Positions 1-10,110 are shown, counted from the first letter of the stretch. The stretch is DNA of 24,000 nucleotides from Alteromonadaceae bacterium (GCA_964230195.1 CAXRGH010000135.1:2714-26713); one strand, 5' to 3'. Notes: generated from the letters alone by a model not told the origin. Translations and numbers: made by a program.

Positions 1-2
1 CT

Positions 3-797
3 ACCTACTTATTTAAAGGCACTCCAATGGAAACAGTGGTTGAAATCAACACTCAAACCGGTGAACTGGTAAGAGAATTTCCGTTAAGCCAAAGTGTTGA
101 CTATCGCCCTTGGGATCCTGTCAAACAACAACATCAGTGGTTTACCGAGGTTAATCTCCACGAAATGAAAGATTGGTCACCTCGCACGCAAAACATGACC
201 ACTAACAAACGCGCACAGCACTTCTTAAAAGGAAATGATCTCAACAATCTCGGTATGTACGTGTTTCCCGCATGGCACTCTAATATTAAAGTGGGTGACT
301 ACCTTTACTTCCTTACGGGAACCTCACATTTTCGTAACAAAGAGCTCACTAAGCGAGGGTTACTCGCTGGACCATCCCATTCGGTAGGGCGATTAAATAC
401 ACAAACCGGTAAGGTAGAATTCTTGGAACTGCCATCTCAGTTAACCCCTGAGGGTGACTATATCTATGGCAAAGAATTACGCTCCGAGCCCACCAATAGT
501 GACGGTGTTGATGTAGCGCAAGACAATCGCACAAAAACCGATGGATGGACAATTGCCGCTTTCTGGGGAAGCCCTACAGCGATCAATGGCAAGTTGTATT
601 ACACTACCCTTGGGGGGTTAACTTATGTGATTGATGCAGAAGCAAAAGTATTAGACGAGTCGGCACTACTTGCCGTTAATGACCTCGGCCCCGTTGGAAA
701 AACCTGGTCAGCCAATTCCGTGAGTTTCTCTGATGGAGTGCTGTTTCATCGTTCCGCCAAGCGCCTAATTGCCATTGGTGGAGATACCGCTGAGTAA
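3..797 (+). CDS. Hypothetical protein, 5'-truncated by the window edge; possibly a beta-propeller (PQQ/BamB-like repeat) protein
   Basis: The ORF track gives 27..797, but the frame is open back to nt 3 (TYLFKGTP before the Met), so the gene probably starts upstream of the window. Repeated motifs such as GKLYYTTLGGLTYVID resemble propeller blades. No catalytic motif recognised. Confidence 0.55.
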   Translation, partial: TYLFKGTPMETVVEINTQTGELVREFPLSQSVDYRPWDPVKQQHQWFTEVNLHEMKDWSPRTQNMTTNKRAQHFLKGNDLNNLGMYVFPAWHSNIKVGDYLYFLTGTSHFRNKELTKRGLLAGPSHSVGRLNTQTGKVEFLELPSQLTPEGDYIYGKELRSEPTNSDGVDVAQDNRTKTDGWTIAAFWGSPTAINGKLYYTTLGGLTYVIDAEAKVLDESALLAVNDLGPVGKTWSANSVSFSDGVLFHRSAKRLIAIGGDTAE

Positions 798-872
798 CTT
801 ACCCTTTATATTCTTAATTTAGGTTTGAGAAACAAACGATAGGTGAGCCGAAGGAGGCTAATGCTAAAAGGT

Positions 873-902
873 GGCACATTGATGATTCATTTTCAATGTG
901 CC
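873..902. terminator. Hairpin between convergent genes; probable terminator, mainly for the minus-strand PPIase gene
   Basis: Perfect 10-bp inverted repeat: ggcacattga (873-882) and tcaatgtgcc (893-902), with a 10-nt loop. On the minus strand it is followed by acctttta (short T run). Confidence 0.4.
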
Positions 903-945
903 TAAGGCGACTACTATCAAATGCGCCTAATAATATCGGATTAAG

Positions 946-1722
946 CTACGGCTTTCTGCGCAACCATGGTAGTGCTAATAGAGAGCCAAATAACCAGAAC
1001 ATGCTACCACCGCCGCTCACGGAGTTCCCCCCTGGTGACTGGTTGTAGCGAGTGTTGGGAACTGACGCAAGATCAGTGTCGGTGACTACAGTGTCGTCAT
1101 ACACGGTAACTGAATAGACGGTGACAAAATTTTCTTGGCTAGGCACTGCCGATGTATCATCACAATAGTCACTGTAATTAATCATGGGGAGTTCCTGAAA
1201 CCCTGCATAAGGAGTTTCACAGCGTGCAACACCGGCAATGGCATCCACCACACCCATACCATCGTCAATGACCTCTCCAAACACGGCGTATGCACCGCCA
1301 CCATAAATATCGATTGGATCTAACGACGAAGCATTATTGGTTAAATTGATGAACCACTGACTCGTTGCACTGTTAATAGCCCCCCCTTGTTTCGCCATCG
1401 AAATGGTACCCCGGACATTAGAATAGACAGGCTCATTTTCAATTGGGTCGTTGGTAGCGATCCACGTTGGTGGCATTTGCCCTTCAAACTCAGCCCCGCC
1501 GCCCTGTATCACAAAGTTGTCCACCGTGCGGTGAATAATGGTGTTGTCGTAACGCCCTTCGTTCACATAAGTTAAAAAGTTATCCACGGTTTGTGGGGTG
1601 GTTTGATCATGTAAGTTGACTTTAAAGTTACCCTGTGACGTTTGAAATTCAACAATAGTGGCTTGGCTGATTGCGGAAAATAAGCTACCAGCAATCAATG
1701 CGGATAAAAGAGTGGGTTTCAT
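946..1722 (-). CDS. Secreted cyclophilin-type peptidyl-prolyl cis-trans isomerase with a C-terminal GlyGly-CTERM (rhombosortase) sorting signal
   Basis: Cyclophilin motifs: FHRTVDNFVIQGGG-like (IIHRTVDNFVIQGGG), GTISMAK, SQWFINL, YAVFGEV. N-terminal signal peptide MKPTLLSALIAGSLFSAISQA. C-terminus is SGGGSMFWLFGSLLALPWLRRKP (Gly run, hydrophobic helix, basic cluster). The ORF track start at 1743 is TTG; the ATG at 1722 begins the signal peptide. Confidence 0.85.
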   Translation of the reverse strand: MKPTLLSALIAGSLFSAISQATIVEFQTSQGNFKVNLHDQTTPQTVDNFLTYVNEGRYDNTIIHRTVDNFVIQGGGAEFEGQMPPTWIATNDPIENEPVYSNVRGTISMAKQGGAINSATSQWFINLTNNASSLDPIDIYGGGAYAVFGEVIDDGMGVVDAIAGVARCETPYAGFQELPMINYSDYCDDTSAVPSQENFVTVYSVTVYDDTVVTDTDLASVPNTRYNQSPGGNSVSGGGSMFWLFGSLLALPWLRRKP

Positions 1723-1968
1723 GTGAATGCTATCTCGTGTCAATGTTGTGATTTTGCATACTAGGGTGTTCGTTTCAAAATCTCAACAACTCAAGTGTTA
1801 TCAGTTGTAATCAAACATTGCGTGTAAGGTTACAAAAGCATGGTGATGACGCAAGTGTTAACCTCCATTTACATCAAAGAGCGCCTTATTTTATACATTT
1901 TATTGTCAGCTCTGTCTTACAGGATTACCTTGGAGTAACATTTCATTAACATGGCGTAGTATCGTTCA

Positions 1969-3966
1969 ATGCAAATCAGTACAGTAAAGACTCAAAGTCA
2001 GTTATTAATGGGTATTTTGCTTTTCTTTTCACTCTTAACCACGGCACTTTCCCATATCAACTTTTCACGGATTAACAAGTCAATCCATACCATTGTTGAT
2101 GAACACTTAGTGGGATTGGAAAAAGGTTACGCCCTTCAACATTCAACACAGACCCTGCTCAGTCTGCTTTTGCAAGCAAATTATGCAACTCAATCATCAG
2201 AAATCGATGATATCAAACAACAGTTTGACCAACTCACATCAGCGCTAAAACAAGACTCATCCCAATATCAGCCTCATACAGATAAAGAACTCAAACCGCG
2301 GATGTTCATGGAAGAAACATCAGAGGTTATCGCCCACAAACGTCAACAAATAGGACTCACTGAAGAAATAAATCAAGTCCGTGACAAACTGCTGATGGAA
2401 CTACAAGATGTGTCTATCGCACTTGAAGATCTCGATTACTTAGACCTGTCCAACCAATCCGTGGTTTCCGGAATCTCCGCCAACATTGATAATGGGCTAA
2501 CCCCATTTACCAAAATCAGTAGTGTAGTGGATACCGAGGCAGATTTTGCAACGATGAGGCAAGATCTAAACTTTGCTTACAGTGACGTCCAACAACAACT
2601 CAAGTTTCTAACGCGTTTGGTCGAGGGTAGTGAAGAGGCTGATGAGATAGCGCTGGAAATTTCGACACTCATGACGGATATTCAAAATGATGTTTCCACT
2701 CTGATTTCACTTGCTGTGAAGCGCAACCAGATCGCGCAACTTCAAAACTCAAGCCTCAATGCTGCAACCGACTACATATCCGAATTTGACCAGTTGATCA
2801 CCACGACACTCAAGCTCTTACAGACGCGAGTCAACCAGTCGAAGACTGTCGTTGTTGATACATCTGCAAACAGTAAAACCGCAAACATCGTTGCTCTTGC
2901 GGTAACCTTACTCATATTCAGTACTATTTTTTGGGTGCTGAATAAACGCGTGCTTCGGCCACTCACGACATTACAGGGTATCTTGAGGCGAGTCGCTTCG
3001 GGTGATTTGACTCAGCAATTTGACTCGAAAACAAAAAACGATGAGTTTTATCATTTAGCAGAGAACGTTAATCAAGTTGTGAATTCATTTCATACAGTGA
3101 TTAATGACATGCAACAAAGAGCAGCGAAACTACAAACTCAAAACCTGAGTGATATCCAACTTCGGGATGCCATGTCCTCCCAAGTGGAGAACCTCATCCA
3201 ATTCATGTCTGAACTGGATGACACACTTGTGACCATCAACGAAGGATGGCAAACCAATGGTAAATTGTTGACCGAAAACGAACACAAAGTCATGGCGTCA
3301 ATGGAAACCAGCCACGCCATTACAGACAGCATGAAAACTTGCATACAACAGTTGCAAACCCAACAACAAGCTACTCAAAATAGTGCTGACACTATTGACG
3401 AGCTAACACAAGATGCCAGTCGAGTGTCAGAGGTCGTGGCTATCATTAATGCGGTTGCTGAAAAAACCAACTTACTCGCCCTTAATGCCGCAATAGAATC
3501 AGCAAGAGCGGGCGAGCACGGCAGGGGATTTGCCGTTGTTGCAGATGAAGTACGAACTCTTGCGCAAACCACCCAAGAATCCACCGCACGAATAGAAGCG
3601 GTAATTAAGACTCTGATGGAAAACACCGAGCATGCCAAACACTTAATTCAATCTTCAACTATCCACGCTGTTGAGACAGTAAAAGCAATTGAATCTGTTA
3701 ACCAACAATTTGGTGTTATCAACCAGGCGAATCATGATTCAGTCGCGATAGTGAATCAAATTAAAGAAAGTAGACAACACCAATTGGCATTACTTAATAC
3801 TCTCAAAAAATCCGCAGACAATGCCTATGCCACCGGAAATCATGCGAAGCACGCAATCGAAGAAACTCGTGCATCAGTATTAGCCAACGATGAAATGACA
3901 AGCAAGATGAAACAAACAGTCGACAGATTTCATGTCAAACACTCTGCGGTCGCGAGCGACAGTTGA
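1969..3966 (+). CDS. Methyl-accepting chemotaxis protein (large helical periplasmic domain, TM2, HAMP, signalling domain)
   Basis: N-terminal TM segment, about 290-aa periplasmic region, second TM ([18 protein letters not shown]), HAMP ([22 protein letters not shown]), and the invariant MCP hairpin tip [31 protein letters not shown]. Confidence 0.9.
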   Translation: MQISTVKTQSQLLMGILLFFSLLTTALSHINFSRINKSIHTIVDEHLVGLEKGYALQHSTQTLLSLLLQANYATQSSEIDDIKQQFDQLTSALKQDSSQYQPHTDKELKPRMFMEETSEVIAHKRQQIGLTEEINQVRDKLLMELQDVSIALEDLDYLDLSNQSVVSGISANIDNGLTPFTKISSVVDTEADFATMRQDLNFAYSDVQQQLKFLTRLVEGSEEADEIALEISTLMTDIQNDVSTLISLAVKRNQIAQLQNSSLNAATDYISEFDQLITTTLKLLQTRVNQSKTVVVDTSANSKTANIVALAVTLLIFSTIFWVLNKRVLRPLTTLQGILRRVASGDLTQQFDSKTKNDEFYHLAENVNQVVNSFHTVINDMQQRAAKLQTQNLSDIQLRDAMSSQVENLIQFMSELDDTLVTINEGWQTNGKLLTENEHKVMASMETSHAITDSMKTCIQQLQTQQQATQNSADTIDELTQDASRVSEVVAIINAVAEKTNLLALNAAIESARAGEHGRGFAVVADEVRTLAQTTQESTARIEAVIKTLMENTEHAKHLIQSSTIHAVETVKAIESVNQQFGVINQANHDSVAIVNQIKESRQHQLALLNTLKKSADNAYATGNHAKHAIEETRASVLANDEMTSKMKQTVDRFHVKHSAVASDS

Positions 3967-4040
3967 TGTCGCCCGCACCAAGTGTGCACTTTCCACACGG
4001 TCGCAGCAGCTTAAACCTTTGCTAACAAAAATAGGTGAAA

Positions 4041-5252
4041 CTAAAAAGTTCGTGATATCCACATCCAATATTTTTGAGTATCAACCTTGCTATCACCTGC
4101 AACATAGTAAGCATACTTAAGACCGAGTTTGTAATTTTCAAATAAAGTAGCCGTGTATTGCAGGTCCAATTCTTGCCCCAACTTCGAGATTGTTGGTGAC
4201 GAGTCAACGGCCGCATAAGAATGATAAGTTGCTGCATATCTCCCGTTTCCTAGATGGCCAGCAATACTCAAGTAGCTATCATCTAAACCTTGTTTCGGGG
4301 TCGCAAGAAATACATCTGCTGTACCATTAAACTTATGCAGTGTTGCCAATGGCGTCGAAAAGCCATATTGTCCATCATCCGTGCCAAGTCGCTCATGAGC
4401 CAATGTAAAAGTTTTTCCGTTAACAGTCGCAGATAAACTCAAGTGAAGATAATTAGCGTTATATTGCTCCAATTGACGTATAGATCGTTGAGTAGCCAGA
4501 TCCACAAAATAGGCCCAAGTAATATCACCGTCGATTTGCTTTCGACTGTAGCTGAAACCGTAAGTGTCCAAATCAGAGTTACTATCAGAAAGCAATATGC
4601 CGTAGGTTTTAACATTCCCACCGAGTGCATCAAAACTTACATTTAGAAGATGATCAGCTGAATCAACATCAGCATCAGTTGCAAAAATACGATTGCGTTG
4701 ATCAATGTAGCTGTAATCAACCATTATTCCTTTATCAAATGTGTAGTTTAACGATAATGCATCAAATGTCTGCCTATCTTTTCACCAACCCACATTGCCA
4801 ACCATACGATGATTATTCATGATAATCATTTGCCGTCCTAGTTTGACGGATAACGCATCCGAACGATAGTTGATATAGGCTTGATCAATCTCAGTATGCT
4901 CTGGATCTGCAATGACTGAATATTCACCTTTTTTGTACCCAGTTTGCGGGACGCTGTATTCATTAATGCCCATTAATGCGGTGGTATTCTCTAACGTTAA
5001 TACTGCCGACAATCCTTGAAATTCACCCGTTTTAAAATCGAAAAGCGAGCGCGCTGTCAATGCATTGGCATCCATCAATGAATTATCTTGTGCTGCGTGC
5101 TCATAACGCACCAATATATTGCCAGAAATAGTGGATGATGCTAATGCATCAAAAACCGTATGATCTTGTGCGCATGTCATCCATGATGTTGTCGTGGCAG
5201 CGAGTGTCATGTTGGTTAGTAGTCTCATTTTTTTCGTCATTATCATCTCCAA
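4041..5252 (-). pseudogene. Outer-membrane beta-barrel porin of the alginate-export (AlgE-like) family, interrupted by one in-frame TGA
   Basis: ORFs 4782..5252 and 4041..4724 are in the same frame. Read through, the sequence is ...LGRQMIIMNNHRMVGNVGW-TGA-KDRQTFDALSLNYTFDKG..., which runs straight across the family signature GRQ...G..R.[IV]G...W...R.FD. Signal-peptide-like N-terminus and terminal F (SRTF). The TGA lies at 4782-4784 on the plus strand as tca. Confidence 0.7.
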
Positions 5253-5263
5253 TCAATATGTGC

Positions 5264-6265
5264 TTAGAATGTATGTTTAGAACTGAAAGGTAGAACAGTG
5301 TTATCCCTCTCGGACCATAGTTGTTTGGCCTTGTGTACGCTCGATTCGTACGACTTATTTTCAAGTAACATAAGATAGCTAGCCAATGTTTGAATAATGA
5401 TTTCGTTCACCTGTGCATCAACCGAGACACCATGCCATATATCCAACAACCGCTGCGGGTTCATCGTAATATCTTTCATATTCCAACGACGTTGCTCAGG
5501 TACAAGACATGTCGTCGCTGCACCAGCGCGCATCATTAACAAACGAGTTTGTCTTGCTGTATTAATTTCAGGATCGCCACCTTCACCGCGAAAACATAAG
5601 AATTGTGTATCGACAAAATGGGCATTAATGGCATTATGACGTTCATCCACATCAAGATGATGAACCCCCTGAATTGAATACGGCGCATTGGATGGGTTCA
5701 ATAAACGTCCCAATGTATTCGCACACGACCGAAGCCCAAATAATGGACGTAGCTTTATCAATTCATCGAGAGGCCGACAAATCATACCTAAATCAAGATA
5801 CGTAGCACCTACTGATGCCAACTGTTCTTCTGCCCCTTTCTGACAGTTTTTCAACGGCATACCCAACATCGGTAGGACATGACCTGCATACATACGCCCA
5901 GAGTCTGGCTCTTCCGCACCATGCATCAGCACTCGAACACCACTTTGAACCAGGCTGGCTATGGCAAGTAAATACCAGGGCAGCTGTCGACGCTTTCCAG
6001 CGTAACAACCAATATCTAGTTGCACATCCATGTGCAATACATTAGAAACAACCTGGTTCTTTGCAGCGTTAACAAATCCTATGAGTTCCTCAACTGTCTC
6101 ATGCCGAGTTCTAAGCAACATCAAGAATGCCCCTCGCTGCTCTCCACTAATACGTCCTGATAATAATTGATTCATGGCGTCCTCAGCCTGATGTTGACTG
6201 AGGCTTTTCCCTGAGCGCTGCCCTTTGCCGATTTGCTTTATATATTCACTAAACGGCAACGACAT
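5264..6265 (-). CDS. ybiB: TrpD2/YbiB-like protein (anthranilate phosphoribosyltransferase paralogue, glycosyltransferase family 3 fold)
   Basis: The N-terminus YIKQIGKGQRSGKSLSQHQAEDAMNQLLSGRISGEQRGAFLMLLRTRHETVEELIGF is collinear with my recollection of E. coli YbiB (IIKEIGRGKNHARDL...GGVLIALRIKGE..EMLGF). It overlaps the cobA stop by 17 nt. Confidence 0.65.
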   Translation of the reverse strand: MSLPFSEYIKQIGKGQRSGKSLSQHQAEDAMNQLLSGRISGEQRGAFLMLLRTRHETVEELIGFVNAAKNQVVSNVLHMDVQLDIGCYAGKRRQLPWYLLAIASLVQSGVRVLMHGAEEPDSGRMYAGHVLPMLGMPLKNCQKGAEEQLASVGATYLDLGMICRPLDELIKLRPLFGLRSCANTLGRLLNPSNAPYSIQGVHHLDVDERHNAINAHFVDTQFLCFRGEGGDPEINTARQTRLLMMRAGAATTCLVPEQRRWNMKDITMNPQRLLDIWHGVSVDAQVNEIIIQTLASYLMLLENKSYESSVHKAKQLWSERDNTVLPFSSKHTF

Positions 6266-7145
6266 CAGACAACTCGCTTAACAAGGTCAAATCAACTGAC
6301 TGACGATGCTTAATAACATGTCCTATTACAATAAGAACTGGGCCATCGAAGATGACACCTGAGATAGTGTCATCAATGGTATCAAGTGTCCCAACGATAA
6401 CTTTCTGCTGCAGCCCTGTTGCATGCTCAATTAATGAAATTGGTAACGACTGAGAAACACCTCGTTGCTTCAGTGCTCGAGTAAGGATTGGCAATCGTTG
6501 CAGTCCCATATATATAACTGCAGTTTCACTGAGAAGTTGCTCTGCCAACTGATCCCAATTCATTTGCTTATTCGCTTCTTTGAATCGTCCTGTCATCAAC
6601 TTTACGGCCCCAGCGCAATGCCGTTCAGTTAACGGGATACCAGTGAAAGCAGCAGCACCCGATGCTGCGGTAATACCGGGAATAATTGCATAGCGCACAC
6701 CACTGGCTTCCAATGCTTGGGTTTCTTCAACAGTACGTGCAAATAAACTCGGATCGCCGCCTTTAAGGCGCACAACTGTTTTGCCAGTTTTAGCAAACTG
6801 CACCAATAATCGACATATCTCTTCTTGAGGTACACTGTGGCGACCGTTCCGTTTGCCTACAAATACCAATTGGGCCCTCTCTGGCGCCAGAGTCAGAATG
6901 CGTTCATCGACCAACCAATCAAATAAAATAACGTCTGCTGATTGAATAGCTTTGACAGCCATTACTGTGAGCAGATCTGGATCTCCAGGACCCGCTCCTA
7001 CAATAAACACCTTATTCTCGCTCGTGATGGGCCCTTTGCAGTGTCTGTTGGATGTTGCAAGATTCAGAAATCGCCTCATCCACTTTGATGTTAGCTCGCC
7101 GGCTTTATTGCCTGTATCTCTCATATTTAGTCGAAGTACCGCCAT
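6249..7145 (-). CDS. cobA: Uroporphyrinogen-III C-methyltransferase (SUMT; siroheme branch, CysG C-domain/CobA type)
   Basis: VFIVGAGPGDPDLLTVMAVKAIQSADVILFD, VRLKGGDPSLFAR, IIPGITAASGAAAFTGIPLT and VIYMG are the tetrapyrrole methylase signatures. It sits directly downstream of nirBD, whose product needs siroheme. GGAG lies 9 nt upstream of the ATG. Confidence 0.88.
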   Translation of the reverse strand: MAVLRLNMRDTGNKAGELTSKWMRRFLNLATSNRHCKGPITSENKVFIVGAGPGDPDLLTVMAVKAIQSADVILFDWLVDERILTLAPERAQLVFVGKRNGRHSVPQEEICRLLVQFAKTGKTVVRLKGGDPSLFARTVEETQALEASGVRYAIIPGITAASGAAAFTGIPLTERHCAGAVKLMTGRFKEANKQMNWDQLAEQLLSETAVIYMGLQRLPILTRALKQRGVSQSLPISLIEHATGLQQKVIVGTLDTIDDTISGVIFDGPVLIVIGHVIKHRQSVDLTLLSELSDVVAV

Positions 7146-7160
7146 AACTCATCTCCGAAT

Positions 7161-7511
7161 TTAAATCTGTACCAACAAGCGATTATCTTCAATCTTCACA
7201 GGATAAGTTGAAAGCTTGTGCTCGGGTGATTCAAAGCATTCCCCCGTTAATAGCGAAAAGCGTTGCTTATAAAGAGGAGAGGCGATGACCGGTTCATCTC
7301 CAATCGACCCTATAATTCCACGGTAGATGACATTCGCTTTACCAACTGGATCCCAATTTGACGTTGCATAAAACGATGTTTCGCCAGCATTAGACACCCT
7401 ATAAATAGCCAGTTGCTGACCATTGACTAAGGCACAGACTGAGGTGTTAGGGGTTAGAGAATTAAGGTCGCAGATCGCATGCCAATCTGGGATGGAGTTC
7501 AATTTGCTCAT
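7161..7511 (-). CDS. nirD: NAD(P)H nitrite reductase small subunit (Rieske-like fold)
   Basis: 116 aa. Has WHAICDLNSLTPNTSVCALVNGQQLAIYRV...SPLYKQRFSLLTGEC, typical of NirD. Lies 15 nt downstream of nirB. Confidence 0.9.
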   Translation of the reverse strand: MSKLNSIPDWHAICDLNSLTPNTSVCALVNGQQLAIYRVSNAGETSFYATSNWDPVGKANVIYRGIIGSIGDEPVIASPLYKQRFSLLTGECFESPEHKLSTYPVKIEDNRLLVQI

Positions 7512-7526
7512 GTTTTTTCTCCAATA

Positions 7527-10058
7527 TTAAACGGTTTTGATATCGATCAATTGCATTCTTTCTATTTCCGACACGGGCTTTATTTGACCTCGCTCTTCAG
7601 TGAACTGTATGTGTGTGTCAATATCATCCGCATTAATGAACTGTTTGAATCGCAACATCTTCTCCGGCGATTCAATGGTTTTTTTCCACTCGCACTCATA
7701 AGCCCCAATCACTTGCTCCATTTGAGCTTCTAATTCATGATTGATACCTAAGCAGTCATTGATAATTACCTCTCTCAAGTAATCTAATCCGCCTTCAAGG
7801 TTATCCATCCAAACGGAGGTGCGTTGTAAACGACCCGCAGTTCGTATATAAAACATTAAAATTCGATCGATATAAGCAACCAATGTCTGGTCATCAAGAT
7901 CAGTCGCGAATAAGTCTGCATGCCTCGGTTTCATTCCGCCATTACCGCAAACGTAAAGATTCCAACCGTTTTCAGTTGCGATAACACCAATGTCTTTGCT
8001 TTGAGCTTCTGCGCATTCCCGAGTGCAGCCAGAAACCGCAAATTTTAGTTTATGAGGAGCACGTAACCCTTTGTATCGATTCTCAAGATGAATTGCTTGC
8101 CCGACTGAATCTTGCACACCATAACGACACCATGTACTTCCCACACAGGATTTCACGGTACGAACCGCTTTCGCGTAGGCATGCCCCGTTTCAAATCCAT
8201 TATCTAAAAGCTGTTTCCAGATTTCAGGCAATTGATCGACACGAGCGCCGAACAAATCAATACGTTGTCCTCCGGTAATTTTTGTATACAGGTTATAGGT
8301 CTTCGCAATACTGCCAATGGCGATGAGTTGTTCAGGCGTGATTTCCCCTCCGGCAATTCTGGGCACGACCGAATAGCTACCATCTTTCTGCATGTTTCCT
8401 AAATAGATATCGTTAGTATCTTGAAGCGGCAAATGCTCAGTTTTCAGTACGTATTCGTTCCAGATAGAAGCCAGAATAGATCCCACCGTCGGTTTACAAA
8501 TATCGCACCCTAAGCCTTTACCGTAGCGATCTAACAGTTCATCAAACGAACGAATGTCATTCACTTTAACCAGATGGAAAAGCTCCTGACGTGAATACTC
8601 AAAATGCTCACAAATGGCTTTAGATACTTCAATCCCTGACTTCTCTAGTTCGCTATCAACAACAGACTTCAGTAAAGCACTACAACCTCCACAACCGGTT
8701 CCTGCTTTGGTGCATGATTTAACGTCGGCAATATTGCATGCGCCACTACCAATAGCATTAATGATGTCGCCCTTCGACACGTTATGACAAGAACAAATCG
8801 TGCTACTATCTGGTAGTATGTCGTTGCCCATCGTTGGGGCGTCACTAGCGCTCGGTAAGATCAATGATTCAGGGGCATCACCGAGAGGGATTTGATTGAG
8901 GTGATATTGTAGTAAGGTATCATATTCGCTCGCATCTCCGACTAAAACCGCACCTATTACCCGTTGATGTGATTCGTCTACCACCAATTTTTTGTAAACG
9001 TCAGTGACTGAATTGGCATATACGTAACTTTTCGCGCCATCTGTTTTTCCGTGAGCATCACCGATCGATGCGACATCAACCCCGAGCAACTTAAGCTTGG
9101 TGCTCATATCAGCCCCTTCAAAAGGCTGTTTTTGACCGACCAAACGATTGGCTACCGTGCGGGCCATAGCATAACCTGGTGCCACCAATCCAAAGATTTG
9201 ATCATCCCAAGCAGCGCATTCGCCAATAGCATAAATGTCAGGCTCTGACGTCTCGCAATAATGATTGATGCTAATACCGCCGCGAGCACCAATGGATAAA
9301 TCGATCTGATCCGCTAGCTCATCGTGTGGACGTATACCTGCAGAGAAAACGATCATATCAGTCTCTAAGTGGGTACCGTCACTAAAATTCATGCGATATC
9401 GCGATGACTTTCCTTCAATAATCTCAGTGGTTGCCTTACCTGTATGAACACCAACACCAAGCTCTTCAATCTTCTTACGTAGAATGTCACCACCCATTTC
9501 ATCAACCTGAACCGACATTAATCGTGGAGCAAATTCTACAACATGAGTTTCAAGGTCGGCCTGTTTTAACGCATTAGCAGCTTCAAGCCCAAGAAGCCCT
9601 CCACCAAGAACAACTCCTTTCTCACTTTTCTCTGCTGATGACTTAATTTCATGTAAATCGTCGATAGTCCGATACGTCAAACAGTGAGGTTGGTCATTAC
9701 CTGGAATACTGGGAACAAAGGGATATGAACCGGTTGCGAATATCAGGACATCATATTCAAAGACATCACCGCTTTCAGTAATAACAACTTTGTTAGCTTT
9801 ATCAATGTTTTTCACCCAAGCACTAAGTCGATAGTCAATACCGTGTTCATCATAATACTCTGTTGTTGTCAGCGATAATGCACCTTCCGATGTTCCGTCA
9901 AAGAACGATGACAAGTGCACACGATCGTATGCCAAGCGCGATTCACCTGATAGCACAAGGATAGATGCGTTCAGCTCGGACTGAATAGCTTGCTCGATAA
10001 AATAATGACTCACCATGCCATTACCTATGATCACTATACGTTCTCGAGTTGTTACCAT
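7527..10058 (-). CDS. nirB: NAD(P)H-dependent assimilatory nitrite reductase large subunit (FAD/NAD, BFD-like 2Fe-2S, siroheme/4Fe-4S domains)
   Basis: N-terminal IVIIGNGMVSH dinucleotide fold. BFD-type CSCHNVSKGDI...CTKAGTGCGGC. Sulfite/nitrite reductase cluster motifs SCVGSTWCRYG and VSGCTRECAEAQSKD. 843 aa, as for NirB. AGGAG RBS. Confidence 0.95.
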   Translation of the reverse strand: MVTTRERIVIIGNGMVSHYFIEQAIQSELNASILVLSGESRLAYDRVHLSSFFDGTSEGALSLTTTEYYDEHGIDYRLSAWVKNIDKANKVVITESGDVFEYDVLIFATGSYPFVPSIPGNDQPHCLTYRTIDDLHEIKSSAEKSEKGVVLGGGLLGLEAANALKQADLETHVVEFAPRLMSVQVDEMGGDILRKKIEELGVGVHTGKATTEIIEGKSSRYRMNFSDGTHLETDMIVFSAGIRPHDELADQIDLSIGARGGISINHYCETSEPDIYAIGECAAWDDQIFGLVAPGYAMARTVANRLVGQKQPFEGADMSTKLKLLGVDVASIGDAHGKTDGAKSYVYANSVTDVYKKLVVDESHQRVIGAVLVGDASEYDTLLQYHLNQIPLGDAPESLILPSASDAPTMGNDILPDSSTICSCHNVSKGDIINAIGSGACNIADVKSCTKAGTGCGGCSALLKSVVDSELEKSGIEVSKAICEHFEYSRQELFHLVKVNDIRSFDELLDRYGKGLGCDICKPTVGSILASIWNEYVLKTEHLPLQDTNDIYLGNMQKDGSYSVVPRIAGGEITPEQLIAIGSIAKTYNLYTKITGGQRIDLFGARVDQLPEIWKQLLDNGFETGHAYAKAVRTVKSCVGSTWCRYGVQDSVGQAIHLENRYKGLRAPHKLKFAVSGCTRECAEAQSKDIGVIATENGWNLYVCGNGGMKPRHADLFATDLDDQTLVAYIDRILMFYIRTAGRLQRTSVWMDNLEGGLDYLREVIINDCLGINHELEAQMEQVIGAYECEWKKTIESPEKMLRFKQFINADDIDTHIQFTEERGQIKPVSEIERMQLIDIKTV

Positions 10059-10075
10059 AAAATTCTCCTGTAACG

Positions 10076-10110
10076 AAAAAAGCCCACCTCGCGCATTCGC
10101 GAGGTGGGCT
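10076..10110 (-). terminator. Strong intrinsic terminator in the nirB leader (candidate NasR-controlled attenuator)
   Basis: Minus strand: agcccacctcgcg-aatg-cgcgaggtgggct, a perfect 13-bp GC-rich stem with a 4-nt loop, followed by tttttt. It ends only about 17 nt before the nirB RBS/ATG. Confidence 0.85.

Noticed and set aside
1791-1865. A 9-bp direct repeat CAAGTGTTA (1791-1805 and 1851-1865 regions) in the PPIase/MCP divergent promoter region.
   Set aside because: It is short, AT-rich and could occur by chance in a 225-bp intergenic region. It does not match any regulator motif I can name.
3375-3638. An 87-aa antisense ORF inside the first MCP. A similar 94-aa antisense ORF at 18015-18299 lies inside the second MCP, and the two have related sequences (SSATTA.PLP.SPA).
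   Set aside because: Both lie exactly opposite the highly conserved MCP signalling tip. Their similarity to each other is a mirror of the sense-strand conservation and Ala/Glu-rich codon usage. I saw no RBS or independent signal.
3880-4237. Short overlapping ORFs (3880-4068 minus strand, 3932-4120 plus strand, 4022-4237 minus strand) at the MCP/porin junction.
   Set aside because: They overlap the 3' ends of the two convergent real genes and one another. No motifs were seen. They are most likely non-coding.
4782-4784. The in-frame TGA in the porin as a possible selenocysteine codon or programmed read-through site.
   Set aside because: The aligned position is not a Cys or redox site in this structural beta-barrel family. 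I see no convincing stem-loop immediately 3' of the TGA. The TGA-A context is not a leaky one. Nonsense mutation or sequencing error is the simpler reading.
7479-7733. An 84-aa plus-strand ORF across the nirD/nirB junction.
   Set aside because: It is antisense to two strongly supported genes and has no recognisable features.
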